NCBI GenBank assembly: GCA_965248575.1
Contig: CBDFJQ010000002.1
Coordinates: forward strand, 96,001-160,000
Length of the DNA: 64,000 nucleotides
Direction of reading: 5' to 3'
Origin: Planctomycetota bacterium
GTDB lineage: Bacteria; Planctomycetota; B15-G4
This document shows positions 19,048 through 29,004 of this stretch, in pieces. How positions within the stretch are numbered: position 1 is the stretch's first letter; every line of letters starts with the position of its first letter. The position numbers and the translations under genes are program-made. Under the pieces are notes generated by a model that made no database searches, had not been told where the DNA came from, and saw only the letters and a list, made by a program, of their open reading frames with translations.

Positions 19048-19671
19048 ATGGCTGAAACCAACGAGCACCCACAAGACCGGGCGAACTGCCCGCCGTCCAC
19101 TGGTTCCCATACCGTTCAGGGCTTGGACGTGCACGTTCGCAAGCCACGCCTCGAAGACGCAGCGGCCTTCATCGAAGCGGCTCTTGCTAGTAGGCCTCTG
19201 CACGGCAGCCTAGTCCACGCCCCACAAGACTTGGGGGAGTTCCAGGAGTACCTGCACCGGTCACGCTTGCCGAACTCTCGCTGCTTTCTCGTGGAGCGTC
19301 GAGACGGCAGCGCCTTGGTGGGGGTGGTCAACGCCTCAGAGATCGTGCACGGCAACTTCCGCAGTTGTTACCTGGGGTACTACGGCTTCGTCGGGCAGAC
19401 GGGCCAGGGCGGCATGACGAGCGGCCTGGGCCAGGCGATCTCCGTGCTGTTCCGGGAGGAGCGCTTGCATCGCGTGGAGGCCAACATCCAGCCCGACAAT
19501 GCGGCTTCTCGCCAGCTCGTGCAGCGACTCGGGTTCCGGCTAGAAGGTCTGTCGCCGCGCTACCTGCAGATCGGTGGCCGCTGGCGGGACCACGAACGTT
19601 GGGCGCTGCTCGCGGATGAGCACACCCATCAGGATTCCCCGCACGAAGGCCCCTCGGTCGGCGGGCCCTAG
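19048..19671 (+). CDS. RimJ/RimL-type GNAT N-acetyltransferase
   Basis: LGYY...GQGGM, LHRVEANIQPDNAAS, GFRLEG.SPRYL.I.GRWRDHERWA. Confidence 0.85.
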   Translation: MAETNEHPQDRANCPPSTGSHTVQGLDVHVRKPRLEDAAAFIEAALASRPLHGSLVHAPQDLGEFQEYLHRSRLPNSRCFLVERRDGSALVGVVNASEIVHGNFRSCYLGYYGFVGQTGQGGMTSGLGQAISVLFREERLHRVEANIQPDNAASRQLVQRLGFRLEGLSPRYLQIGGRWRDHERWALLADEHTHQDSPHEGPSVGGP

Positions 19672-19771
19672 GTCGGGGGCCCGTCGTGCTGGTAGCGGCT
19701 TCGCCACGTCCCGTCCGCTACACCTAACCGCCTCCTCGCCGGGCCAAGCCGCTGGCTGCACGAGAGCGCTT

Positions 19772-20140
19772 TCAGGAACCGCTGCTCTCGTCGCAGCAGA
19801 CGTCCGTTGCAGAGCGCATTCCCGTGACGCAGCACTCGGCCATCTGCGCCCGCAGCGCCAGGGCCTCGGTGCAGCAGTCGGGGCGGATCTCTGTCGTCAG
19901 CCGCATGCCCTCTTTGCAACAACCGCTCATCTCGGACGTGGGCAATCCGAAGTTCACTTCACAGCATTCGTCCATCTGTGTGATCAAGGCCGCTGCTTCC
20001 GTGCAGCAGTCGGTGGCAGCGGCGGCTTCACCGCAGGCAGGAGCGCTCAGGAGCAAGAGACCAAGCAAGCCCAGCAAACCCCGGCTGAAGGGCAGGAGCA
20101 GGGCGGGTCGACGGCTGGACGTGTTCAGACGGCAGGACAT
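19772..20140 (-). CDS. Small Cys-Cys-repeat putative lipoprotein
   Basis: Hydrophobic leader ending ...SAPAC, then six CC pairs; internal repeat DCCTEA.AL..QM.ECC occurs twice. Confidence 0.6.
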   Translation of the reverse strand: MSCRLNTSSRRPALLLPFSRGLLGLLGLLLLSAPACGEAAAATDCCTEAAALITQMDECCEVNFGLPTSEMSGCCKEGMRLTTEIRPDCCTEALALRAQMAECCVTGMRSATDVCCDESSGS

Positions 20141-20480
20141 GAAAGTCTCCGGGGCGGGTATCCGTGGAAGATCTGGTGCCGTCCGCTGCCCCGGACGCTG
20201 TCGAACGATTCGGCTTCCTCTGGAAGCCCAACGCGCGAGAAGTCTCGCATCCTGCTCCGCCAATTTCATGCTCTGTCTGCCGCCCCCTTCCGTCTTGGAG
20301 AGACTTCCTAGTCTGGGCGGGGTTGGTCGGCCTGGAGAGAGCCGAAGAGCCTGGGGAACCCGAACCCGATGACTTCTGTTGAGGAACAGATCGTCGTGAG
20401 GGCTGTGGGGGCTTGCCATAGGCCATGCCATGATGGGGCGCTGTGACGTCAGGGATCATAGCGAGCAAGGAGCGATCAAC

Positions 20481-20777
20481 GTGAGCGGCGGCGTGATTGT
20501 CGGGCGGCAGAACCGGTTGCTGGATGCCTTCGAAGAGGGCCGGGCGACTTCTCCTGAAGCGGCACGGAGCCTGGAGCAACTGGGCTGTCGCGAGAGCTTC
20601 GTGTTCCACCGCATGGTGCAGCGTGGCGTCTTCGTCCAGGTGGACTCCCTGCAGGAGGAGGACCGCTGGTGGATGGACCAGGAAGCCGCTGCGAGCTTCG
20701 TGCGCCGGCGGCACCGCATCGTGTTGATCCTGATGCTGCTTGCGCTGGTCGTGGGCCTGGCGCTCGGGGAGTGGTGA
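20481..20777 (+). CDS. Small protein with a C-terminal membrane anchor
   Basis: AAGGAG before GTG; ends RRRHR followed by a hydrophobic helix. Confidence 0.6.
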   Translation: MSGGVIVGRQNRLLDAFEEGRATSPEAARSLEQLGCRESFVFHRMVQRGVFVQVDSLQEEDRWWMDQEAAASFVRRRHRIVLILMLLALVVGLALGEW

Positions 20778-21412
20778 GCGTCACACGCAAGCCGGCTTGG
20801 GAAGCGCAGGTGCAGGAGTTGGCGTGCGGCGCGCTGGAGCTGCGGATCCTGAAGGCGACGTGCCCTCTCAGCTTGGCCGAGGTGCTGAGCCTCTGGCAGG
20901 AGAGCGATGCCTTTTGCTCGTTCTTCGTTCAGCAGTTGGCCGGGTGCTGCTTCCGTTCCTTCTATTGGGAGCTACCACCCGTGACGGCTGGCGCCTTGCT
21001 GCAACCCTTCCGCTGTGTGCTTCTCGATGCGCCCGAACTTTCCGGCCGGTCGCCCCAGCCCGAGGTGTTCGCTCAGGAACTCGCGCAGGCTGGTGACTCC
21101 GGAGTGGGTTGCTTTCCCAACCTGGGGGGCGATGCGCTTCTGGTCGTTCCACAAGTCACTTCATTGGCTCGCGCGGACACCGCTGCCTACGGTGAGCTGG
21201 CGTCTTTTGTGCGAGAGGCCCCTGAAACCCAGCGCCGGGAACTCTGGCGGGTTGTTGGGCGGGCCATGTCCCGGCGCCTTCAAGAGCTGGGCGACAGGGC
21301 CTTTCCGTTCTGGGTGAGCAGCTCGGGCTTGGGTGTCGCCTGGTTGCATGTTCGACTGGATGAGCTGCCCAAGTACATCGTGCACGCCCCCTATCGGCTG
21401 GTGCCTGAGTGA
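20774..21412 (+). CDS. Conserved hypothetical protein (DUF6940-like)
   Basis: FYWELPP, FPNLGGDALLVVP, SSSGLGVAWLHVRLD..PKY; GTGA overlap with the upstream gene. Confidence 0.7.
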   Translation: MSVTRKPAWEAQVQELACGALELRILKATCPLSLAEVLSLWQESDAFCSFFVQQLAGCCFRSFYWELPPVTAGALLQPFRCVLLDAPELSGRSPQPEVFAQELAQAGDSGVGCFPNLGGDALLVVPQVTSLARADTAAYGELASFVREAPETQRRELWRVVGRAMSRRLQELGDRAFPFWVSSSGLGVAWLHVRLDELPKYIVHAPYRLVPE

Positions 21413-21463
21413 GCGTGCTCAGCCTTCGCGGCGCAGCCCCTCGACAGTTGGAGTGTTGGTCCC

Positions 21464-22072
21464 ATGACATCCTCACCGATCTCGAAGCCTGAGACGTCGC
21501 TCTGTGTTTTCTGTGGGAGCAACCCAGGGGCGAAGCCCGTTTATCGGGAGACGGCGGAAGAACTCGGCCACGCGCTCGTGGCCCGGGGGACGGGTCTCGT
21601 TTTCGGCGGGGGAGACGTGGGCTTGATGGGCTGCATCGCCGACGTGGTGATGGCCGGGGGAGGCCATGTCACTGGTGTCATTCCTGAAGGGCTGGCACGC
21701 AGGGAGGTGGCCCACCGCGGGCTGTCGGTGCTCGAAGTCGTGGACTCCATGCACGCGCGCAAGCAGCGCATGGCGGAGCTCTCGTCTGCCTTCGTCGCGC
21801 TTCCCGGCGGGCTGGGAACCTTCGAGGAGATCCTCGAGATCATCACCTGGGCTCAACTGGGAATCCACCGCAAGGCCTGCGGCCTGCTCAACGTCGATGG
21901 CTACTTCGACCCGCTTCTGGCCATGTTGGATCACGGGGTCGCGCAAGGCTTCGTGAAGCCTCAGCACCGGGAGCTGGTGTTGGTGGGCCGCTCGGTTGAG
22001 GAGATGCTGGGCCTGTTGGCGGCGCACGAGCCTGCAAAGGTGCGGGCCTGGATGTCCGCTGAGGAGAGCTAG
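21464..22072 (+). CDS. LOG-family nucleotide phosphoribohydrolase (TIGR00730 type)
   Basis: CVFCGS, GGGDVGLMG, MHARK, PGGLGTFEE, LLNVDGYFD. Confidence 0.9.
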   Translation: MTSSPISKPETSLCVFCGSNPGAKPVYRETAEELGHALVARGTGLVFGGGDVGLMGCIADVVMAGGGHVTGVIPEGLARREVAHRGLSVLEVVDSMHARKQRMAELSSAFVALPGGLGTFEEILEIITWAQLGIHRKACGLLNVDGYFDPLLAMLDHGVAQGFVKPQHRELVLVGRSVEEMLGLLAAHEPAKVRAWMSAEES

Positions 22073-22147
22073 CAGGGCCGCGAGTCGCCGGTGCCAGGCG
22101 TCCGTGCGGGTCGGGCGGTTTCTGGGTGCGGGAGTTCGGGGCTGCGT

Positions 22148-22927
22148 TCAGCGACCTCGGCCGCCGCCGCCACCGCCACCAAATCCACCTCTGCGGCCGC
22201 CGGTGTCCAACCCACCCTGGTCCTGGAGCTGCTGGAGTTGTGATGGGCTCAAGATTCCAGCCAAGGAAGCTTCGGTCTGAGCGGCGAGTGCATCTCGTTC
22301 GTCCCGACGATCCGTGCGCGATTCGATGTCGTCGATCTCGGTGCGCTTGGCGGCTGAATCGGTCAGCAACTTCGTCATGGACAGCTCTTGATTGCCGTCC
22401 AGGCCGAGGCTTTCCGTGAGAGCTTCGATCAGGGCATCCACGCGTTCTTGTCTCCGTTGCGCGCGCTCGGCATCCCGCTCGGCATCCTGCTGCGACTCGA
22501 GAATCTTCATGGCCTCGATGACCTGGTTCACGACGGGGCCGCCTGAGCTCTCCAAGCCCGCGTCTTGTCCCAGGCTCCCGGAGATCTCCAGCACCGACTC
22601 TCGCAGGGCGGCGAGGTCCTCGGCGGAGGCGTTGAGTGCCAGGGGGCTCTCCCGCTCCGAGCCCGGGCCCGCAAGCCACGCCAACTCGAGATCGGTCACC
22701 CGACGCAAGACCTCGCTCTGCTGATCACCCATCTGTTCGAGCTGGTCACTCATGCGAGCGACAGCCGGGCTGAGTTCTTCCAGGCCGCCTTGGGTGCTGC
22801 TGCTGTCGTCCGCTGCGAGTTGGCTCAGCAGGGCCATCAGGCCGCAGCCCCCGAGCAAGCCGAGGCCAAGCAGGACTCCGGCGGAAAGCCCCTGGGAAGA
22901 GTTCATTGCTGACGTGCTTCTGGCCAT
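22148..22927 (-). CDS. Membrane-anchored coiled-coil protein with a Gly/Arg-rich tail
   Basis: N-terminal hydrophobic helix, helical E/R-rich body, ILSPSQLQQ, ends RRGGFGGGGGGGRGR. Confidence 0.6.
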   Translation of the reverse strand: MARSTSAMNSSQGLSAGVLLGLGLLGGCGLMALLSQLAADDSSSTQGGLEELSPAVARMSDQLEQMGDQQSEVLRRVTDLELAWLAGPGSERESPLALNASAEDLAALRESVLEISGSLGQDAGLESSGGPVVNQVIEAMKILESQQDAERDAERAQRRQERVDALIEALTESLGLDGNQELSMTKLLTDSAAKRTEIDDIESRTDRRDERDALAAQTEASLAGILSPSQLQQLQDQGGLDTGGRRGGFGGGGGGGRGR

Positions 22928-23041
22928 GGGGCGCTCCGGATTGGAGAGTGATGATGTGTGTTCCGGCCGATGTGTGGACGAGTGCTGCCCTTGCACAATG
23001 GACCAAGGCGATCATGCTGGCATCTCCCGCATGAGAGATCG

Positions 23042-23898
23042 ATGAGCGAACACAGCCCGTGGGTCGTGATCTGGACCGCATCGGACGCGGTTCACGCTCA
23101 TCTCATGCTGACAGAGCTGGCCTCCGTGGGCATTGATGCGCATGTGACCCAGGAGCATCTAGGGGGCCTCGGCTTCCTGGCTCCGGGCATGGGGCCCGGC
23201 GTGGAGGTTCGAGAGTGCGACCAAGAACGGGGCCTGCGGCTGCTGCAGGAGCTCGCCGAGCGGATGGCGGAGAAGCGGCGCCGACCGGATCGGCTCATGG
23301 AGGAACCACAGAACCGAGGCTTCCCGTCCCTCTTCTGGCGAGCACGTGGTGGTGTGGAAGCCATGGTGAGCGGCTTCAAGGCTGCCGAGACGTTCTCGGG
23401 GCGTGGGACCTTGCCGTATGGCGTGCACACGATCGTGAGCGGTGGGCAGACCGGTGCGGACCAGGCGGCTTTGCTCTGGGCGCTGCACTCCGGCGTGAGC
23501 ACTGCCGGCTGGGTGCCCGCCGGGCGTCTGGCCGAGGACGGCGAGATCCCCCAGAGATTCCCGGGCTCATCGAGACGGAGTCGACGGAGCCGAGGGAGCG
23601 GACGCAGCTCAATGTCCGGGATTCCGATGCGACGGTTGTGGTCTCCCTGGGGGCGATCGACGGGGGCTCTGCCCTGGCGCTGAGATGGGCTCGGGAGCTG
23701 GGCAAGCCCACGCTTCAGCTGGAGTTGCGGAGCCTTGGCCTGCCAGCGGCGACGGAAGCGATGACGTCGTGGCTTGCGCTGACCCAACCCGGCCGACTGA
23801 ACGTGGCGGGACCGCGCGCCAGCAACGAACCGGAACTCGGGCAGGCCGTCACGGCCTTGTTGAATGCCGTCTTTCTGTCGGACGCTTCGGAGCCCTAG
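23042..23898 (+). pseudogene. DUF2007-like N-part plus putative molybdenum-carrier/SLOG-type domain, split by a -1 frameshift near 23560-23566
   Basis: First frame: [14 protein letters not shown]...[18 protein letters not shown]. It continues in the -1 frame: LIETES...[12 protein letters not shown]...LNVAGPRAS. Confidence 0.75.
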
Positions 23899-23922
23899 CA
23901 GTCGTTCGGTAGGGTGTGCGCC

Positions 23923-24432
23923 ATGCCGGGCCCCTCCGATCCACCTCTCGCTCGCGACCACGCTAGCCCCGTGCGTCCTACCACCGTTGTCAGCGGCACG
24001 CGCGTCGTGTGGATCGTGGCGGTAGGCATCGCCTCCATCCTGATCTTCATCGAGTTGATGGGCTTCCGGGACCTCGTGCCCCCTCGTTCGCAGACCCGTG
24101 CGGCCATGAAGGAACTCAAGGCCGCGCTGCTCAGCCACGCGGCGGAGAATGGGGCGTTGCCCGCGAGCCTCGAGCAGTTGCGCGACTTTGCGGCGACGGA
24201 ACACCCCTTCGTCGACGGTTGGCAGATCCCCATCGCCTTCCGGGTGGAGGGCGATCGCGTGCTCTTCCAGAGCCTGGGTGGCGATGAGCATGTCGGCGGG
24301 CTCGGGCAAGACATGGATCTGGTGGGGGTCTTCGCCCTGCACGACGCACAGGGTGCGTGGTCAGCACCGGACGTCCCTTGGTTGGTTGACCCCGTCGACC
24401 CGGCTCAAGCCTTCTTCGAGCAGGACCCCTGA
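23923..24432 (+). CDS. Type II secretion pseudopilin GspG-like domain protein
   Basis: TM helix, then DGWQIPI...SLGGDEHVGGLGQDMDL, resembling the GspG C-terminal DPWG...GGEG.DAD motif. Confidence 0.55.
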   Translation: MPGPSDPPLARDHASPVRPTTVVSGTRVVWIVAVGIASILIFIELMGFRDLVPPRSQTRAAMKELKAALLSHAAENGALPASLEQLRDFAATEHPFVDGWQIPIAFRVEGDRVLFQSLGGDEHVGGLGQDMDLVGVFALHDAQGAWSAPDVPWLVDPVDPAQAFFEQDP

Positions 24433-24641
24433 TGCAGCAGGAACAGCTCCGGGCGCGCCTCCCTGCCTCCGCCCGCACACGCCCGCACCTTCGAGATGTT
24501 GCGTGAGGCGCGCCCCGACGTCCTGGCCATGGACCTGCTCCCCCGCGCAGAATCCTCCGCTTGAGAGAGCAACTTGCACAGCTGGCCAACGGGACGCATT
24601 CTACAAACGGCACCCTGCGGCGCCTTCCCGGAGAAAAACCC

Positions 24642-26045
24642 GTGTCCCTGACGAATCGAGTGCGACGTGCCGGAGGCCTAGGAGGCTGGCTTGTCTTGCT
24701 GGGCGTCTTCTTCGCTGCCTGCGCTCCGGAGCCGGCGCCTCTCCAGCCCGACATCGTGTTGGTGACGCTCGACACCTTCCGGCGCGATCACATGGGCCTG
24801 TACCGGGGCGCCAAGGTGGGACAGAGCGAGGGGCAGCTGGGGGCCTCGCTCACCCCCGCCTTGGATGCCTTCGCGACCGACGCGCGTGTCTTCGATGCGG
24901 CCTACACCACCGCCCCAACCACGGCGCCGGCGCATGTCTCCATGTTCACGGGCTTGCACCCGCACGAACACGGTGTGCGCCGGAATGGCGACAAGGTTCA
25001 GTCCGAGTCGGTGCGTGCGTCGGGCCTGCCGCGCCGCCTGAGCGAGGCCGGGTACCTCACGGCTGCCTTCGTGAGCGTGCAGGTGCTGGATGAGTTCGCC
25101 GGTCTCGATGGCTTCGGGACCTACGATTTGCCGCCCACCTTCATCCGCCCAGGTTTGAACACGGTGGGCTGGGCGCTGAAATGGTGGCGCAGCGCTGGCG
25201 AGGGGCCTCGCTTCCTGTGGGTCCATCTCTTCGACGCCCACTCGCCGTACGGCCGTTGGTCCGAGGCGGCCAAGCACAACCCCGAGTATCTGAACCAGCA
25301 CGGTTGGGTGGGAGAGCGGGTGTTGGGCGATCTGGAACTGCAGGCGCAGCACGTGGCGGCTTACGCAGGCGGTATCCAGGAAGTGGACGCTGCCTTCGCC
25401 AGCTTGCTCGGCGGGTTGGAACGAAGTCTCGGCGAGGAGCCCGGACCGCTCGTATGCGTGGTGGCCGACCACGGGGAGGTCTTGGACGAGCTCTTGGCTG
25501 AGACGGGCTTCGGCTTCGGGCACGGCGGGGGTTTGGGCGAGGCGGTGCTGGCGGTACCGCTCGTCTTGAAGCAGCTGGGTGCAGGCGGGCGGGACTCGGA
25601 GCTGGCTCGAACCGGTCGCGTGGCGGAGACGGCCTCGGTGCGGGACATCTACCCCACCCTCCTGGAAGCCGCGGGCTTGCGAGATGAAGGTGTCGGCAGC
25701 GAGTCGCGCTTCAACTTGCTGAAGCCGCTACCGGCCGGGCGCCCGGTGCTGGCACAGCGCAGACACATGACGCGTCAGGAGCAGCGCCTCGTAGGGATCA
25801 CACCGGCGCGACAACAGGTTCTGGATGCCAATGTGGTGGCCTCCGCGCTGGGCCAGCAGCTCATGGTCCTGGGTGAAGACGGAACTCCCTTGGACGAGGA
25901 TCCCGGTTCAGGTGCGACGAGTGGCGGGCCGCTCTGGGCGGCCGCGCGCGCCCATCTCGCCGAAGTGCTCGGCGTGCCGCTCGAAGAGCAAGACCTCAGC
26001 GACGAACAGCGCGAAGTGCTGAAGGCCTTGGGATACACCCGCTGA
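24642..26045 (+). CDS. Sulfatase-fold (AlkP superfamily) lipoprotein with Thr-type active-site motif and LGY tail
   Basis: GGAG before GTG; lipobox FAAC; TLDTFRRD, TTAPAH, FDAHSPY, ADHGE, GHG; ends LKALGYTR. Confidence 0.8.
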   Translation: MSLTNRVRRAGGLGGWLVLLGVFFAACAPEPAPLQPDIVLVTLDTFRRDHMGLYRGAKVGQSEGQLGASLTPALDAFATDARVFDAAYTTAPTTAPAHVSMFTGLHPHEHGVRRNGDKVQSESVRASGLPRRLSEAGYLTAAFVSVQVLDEFAGLDGFGTYDLPPTFIRPGLNTVGWALKWWRSAGEGPRFLWVHLFDAHSPYGRWSEAAKHNPEYLNQHGWVGERVLGDLELQAQHVAAYAGGIQEVDAAFASLLGGLERSLGEEPGPLVCVVADHGEVLDELLAETGFGFGHGGGLGEAVLAVPLVLKQLGAGGRDSELARTGRVAETASVRDIYPTLLEAAGLRDEGVGSESRFNLLKPLPAGRPVLAQRRHMTRQEQRLVGITPARQQVLDANVVASALGQQLMVLGEDGTPLDEDPGSGATSGGPLWAAARAHLAEVLGVPLEEQDLSDEQREVLKALGYTR

Positions 26046-26083
26046 CGCCGGAGGCGCCAGTTGGGTGCCCCAATTGGGTGTGC

Positions 26084-27133
26084 TCAGCTCTGCGCTGCTT
26101 CGGCGTGTCGTCGCAACTGGTCGAGGGCATAGAGCCCTTCGCGGGTCAGGTCTTCGTCGCCTATGGAATGTCCGTAGAGCGACAAGGTGCATCCGTAGAT
26201 CAGGGCCTTGAAGCGCGCCATCTGGTGAACCTCGGGGCTCGCGTCCCCGTAGGCCTCGAAGAATGATCGACGCCCCTCGGGCGGCAGGAAGGTGTAGGCG
26301 ATGGACAGGTCGCCGGCAGGCTCACCGAGGTGCGCGTCGCCCCAGTCGATGATGCCACTGAGGCGTGGGCGCCGGGCAGACGAGGGGGGCTGCGCGGACG
26401 GTCGTGCGGGATCGAGCAGGAGATGGCGGACGTAGAAGTCGCCGTGGACCAGGCTGCAGCTCCGAGGTTCCCAGTGGCTGGGAAAGTCATCGAGCAAGGC
26501 GAGCCAGGGTGTCGGGTCAGGGATCAGCCCCAAGTCGGCGGCTTTCTTCAGTCGCTCTGCTACACCTGCTCGCCGTCGAGCAACACTCAAGCGTTCGATG
26601 CTGTCCGGGCGCACGCCGCAGCCTTCCCATGCGCCGCTTGGCAGTGCGTGCAGCGTGGAGAGGAATTGGGCGAGGCGCTCGGCGAGGGCGGAGCGTTCTT
26701 CGTCATCGAGTCTCGCGCCACAGGCGGTGGGCCCGGGCAGCATCCGGTAACCAGCGAAGGGCCATGCCGCGTCGGGCTTTCCGTCGGACACCCACTCTGG
26801 AGCCGGGATCTGAAGTGGAAGCAGGGGCGCGATGCGTGGCAGCAGCCGGCTCTCCGTGTTCAGGAAGGAGACGGCGAGTTGGCGGCGTGGGAAGCGGAAG
26901 ACCCAGGTCTTCTCCACCAACCAGGCTGTGTTGTCCCAACCGGCCCCGAAGGGTTCCAGGTCGGTGGGGCTCAGGTGGCCGAAGGCCTGCGGAAAGGCTT
27001 CGCGGAGGAGGCGAGCGGCCGTGGGGGCATCCACCTCTCGTTCAGCGAGCCAGGGTTCGACGGGGCTGGGCTGTCCGGGTGTCGGTGGCGCCCCTGGGAA
27101 GCTGCCGTCGTCTTGGGGAGGGGTGCCGCTCAT
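26084..27133 (-). CDS. Aminoglycoside-phosphotransferase-family kinase
   Basis: GAGWDN, VFRFPR, HGDFYVRH, GIIDWGD. Confidence 0.85.
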   Translation of the reverse strand: MSGTPPQDDGSFPGAPPTPGQPSPVEPWLAEREVDAPTAARLLREAFPQAFGHLSPTDLEPFGAGWDNTAWLVEKTWVFRFPRRQLAVSFLNTESRLLPRIAPLLPLQIPAPEWVSDGKPDAAWPFAGYRMLPGPTACGARLDDEERSALAERLAQFLSTLHALPSGAWEGCGVRPDSIERLSVARRRAGVAERLKKAADLGLIPDPTPWLALLDDFPSHWEPRSCSLVHGDFYVRHLLLDPARPSAQPPSSARRPRLSGIIDWGDAHLGEPAGDLSIAYTFLPPEGRRSFFEAYGDASPEVHQMARFKALIYGCTLSLYGHSIGDEDLTREGLYALDQLRRHAEAAQS

Positions 27134-27196
27134 GGCGACGATTGTGGGGCAGTCACCCAGGGCGAAGCGAGCGCCTTCCCGCCTATACTCTCGGGC

Positions 27197-28426
27197 ATGC
27201 TCTTCCGTCGCGTGCTGTGCTTGATGCTCTTTGTGTGGGGAGGCGCCGGCTGCGCGCTGCCCGAGTCCCAGCTCTCCGCGGACCGCGCCCAGCAGCTCGC
27301 GTCGGAAGTCGTGGAGTTGGTGCGCGAGAACTTCTGGGACTCCGTGCGTGGCGAGGCATGGGCCGAAGCCCATGCGGACTACGCGCAACGCATGCCGGAT
27401 GGAGTCGGTTTCGCCGACTGGACGAACCACGTGCTGGCGCGCCTGGAGAGTTCGCACACCGCTTTCTGGACCGTGCGGGACCCACAGCACGCCGGCCTGC
27501 TGGCGATCTTCGGTGAGAGTCTAGGGCTCGAGGTACGCCCGGTGGAGCATCTCGGAGCGGACATCGATGTCCAGGGCGTCGTACGCCGCGTGTTCAGCCC
27601 GGGCCCCGCGCAGGACGCAGGGCTGCGGAGGGGAGAGCGCATCGTGAGCGCCGACGGGGCCGCCTTCCACCCTCGGGTCTCCCTACGGGGTCGCGCCGAA
27701 TCACCGATGCGTTTCACGGTGCAGAGGGCGGGGGGTGTCCTGCGGGAGGTGGTGATGGCGCCCCGGCGGGACCTGCTGAAGGACGTGTGGCGTGCTTCCG
27801 TGGAGCAGGGCGTGCGTCTCATCGAGCAAGGGGAGTTCCGTGTGGCCTATGTGCCCGTGCATTCTTGTGCTGGTGTCGAGGTGGTGGACGCCCTGCGGGG
27901 CGTGATCACCGGAGCGGGCCGCAGCGCGGACGCGTTGATCGTCGATCTGCGGGGCGGCTTCGGTGGGTGCACTCCTGACTTCGTGAGCCTGTTCGACGTC
28001 GCGGTGCCTGCGGTGGAGTTCGTGGAGCGGGATGGTACGCGCATCCTGTTCGATGAGATCTGGCGTCGGCCGATGGTGGTGCTCATTGACGGGGGTTCTT
28101 CGAGTGGCAAGGAGCTGGTGGCGCACGCCGTCAAGCGCCACGCCCTGGGAACCTTGGTGGGGCAGCGGACCGCGGGAGCGGTGCTGGGTGGCCGCCTGTT
28201 CCCCATCAGTGACGGCTCGCTGCTGTACCTGGCCGTGGTGGATGTGTTCGTGGACGGCGAACGCCTGGAAGGGGTCGGGGTCGCGCCGGACGTGCAAGTT
28301 GCCGACGCGCCCGAGGGCAGCACTGGCTGGGACCCGCAGCTGGACGAGGCTCTCGCCCAGGCCGTGCGCCTGGCACGCGCCGTGCCGCGCACCGAACCGC
28401 CTTCAGCGGCAGGGGACGAACGATGA
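27197..28426 (+). CDS. S41-family peptidase with PDZ domain, lipoprotein
   Basis: Lipobox GAGC; PAQDAGLRRGE, VDLRGGFGG, SSSGKE, GQRTAGA, EGVGVAPD. Confidence 0.85.
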   Translation: MLFRRVLCLMLFVWGGAGCALPESQLSADRAQQLASEVVELVRENFWDSVRGEAWAEAHADYAQRMPDGVGFADWTNHVLARLESSHTAFWTVRDPQHAGLLAIFGESLGLEVRPVEHLGADIDVQGVVRRVFSPGPAQDAGLRRGERIVSADGAAFHPRVSLRGRAESPMRFTVQRAGGVLREVVMAPRRDLLKDVWRASVEQGVRLIEQGEFRVAYVPVHSCAGVEVVDALRGVITGAGRSADALIVDLRGGFGGCTPDFVSLFDVAVPAVEFVERDGTRILFDEIWRRPMVVLIDGGSSSGKELVAHAVKRHALGTLVGQRTAGAVLGGRLFPISDGSLLYLAVVDVFVDGERLEGVGVAPDVQVADAPEGSTGWDPQLDEALAQAVRLARAVPRTEPPSAAGDER

Positions 28427-29004
28427 TGCGGGACCCCGAGGGCCGCCGGCTCCAGCCTCCGGACAACGGGGGCTGGCTCCTGCGCAGTAGCCGCAAACTG
28501 TTCGAGAGCCCTTGGTATGCGGTCCAGCAGGACGAGCTCACGCTGCCATCGGGCGAGGAGATCACCTACACGCGCATCGTGCACCCTGGCTACGCGATGG
28601 TGGTGCCGGTGTTCGACGACGGCCAGGTGCTCATGGAGCGCATCTACCGGCATACCTTGCAGGGCAGCACGCTGGAGTGCCCCTCCGGTGGCTTGGATGG
28701 CGAGCCGCCCGAGGTGGCGGCACGGCGGGAGCTGGAGGAAGAGACGGGGCACCGAGCCGCGCGGTGGGAGCACCTGGGCGTCTTCCAGGGCAGCAGCGGC
28801 ATCAGCGACGAGCACTACCATCTGTTCCTGGCCACCGGGCTCACGAACGACGGGCGCATGGCGCGCGAATGCACGGAGTCCATGGAATTGCTGATGCGTC
28901 CCTTGGCCGAACTCCGTGCCGCCGTCTTGGCGGGCGAGCTCCAGGACGGGCCCAGCGCGCTTGGGATTCTCTTGGCCTGGGAGCGCCGGCCAGGGCAGGG
29001 CTAG
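28423..29004 (+). CDS. NUDIX hydrolase (ADP-ribose pyrophosphatase-like)
   Basis: Nudix box PSGGLDGEPPEVAARRELEEETG. Confidence 0.88.
   Translation: MMRDPEGRRLQPPDNGGWLLRSSRKLFESPWYAVQQDELTLPSGEEITYTRIVHPGYAMVVPVFDDGQVLMERIYRHTLQGSTLECPSGGLDGEPPEVAARRELEEETGHRAARWEHLGVFQGSSGISDEHYHLFLATGLTNDGRMARECTESMELLMRPLAELRAAVLAGELQDGPSALGILLAWERRPGQG

Noticed and set aside
26330..27196. N-terminal 289 aa of the 698-aa ORF
   Set aside because: Overlaps the opposite-strand phosphotransferase; the real S41 peptidase starts at 27197 with a lipoprotein signal.
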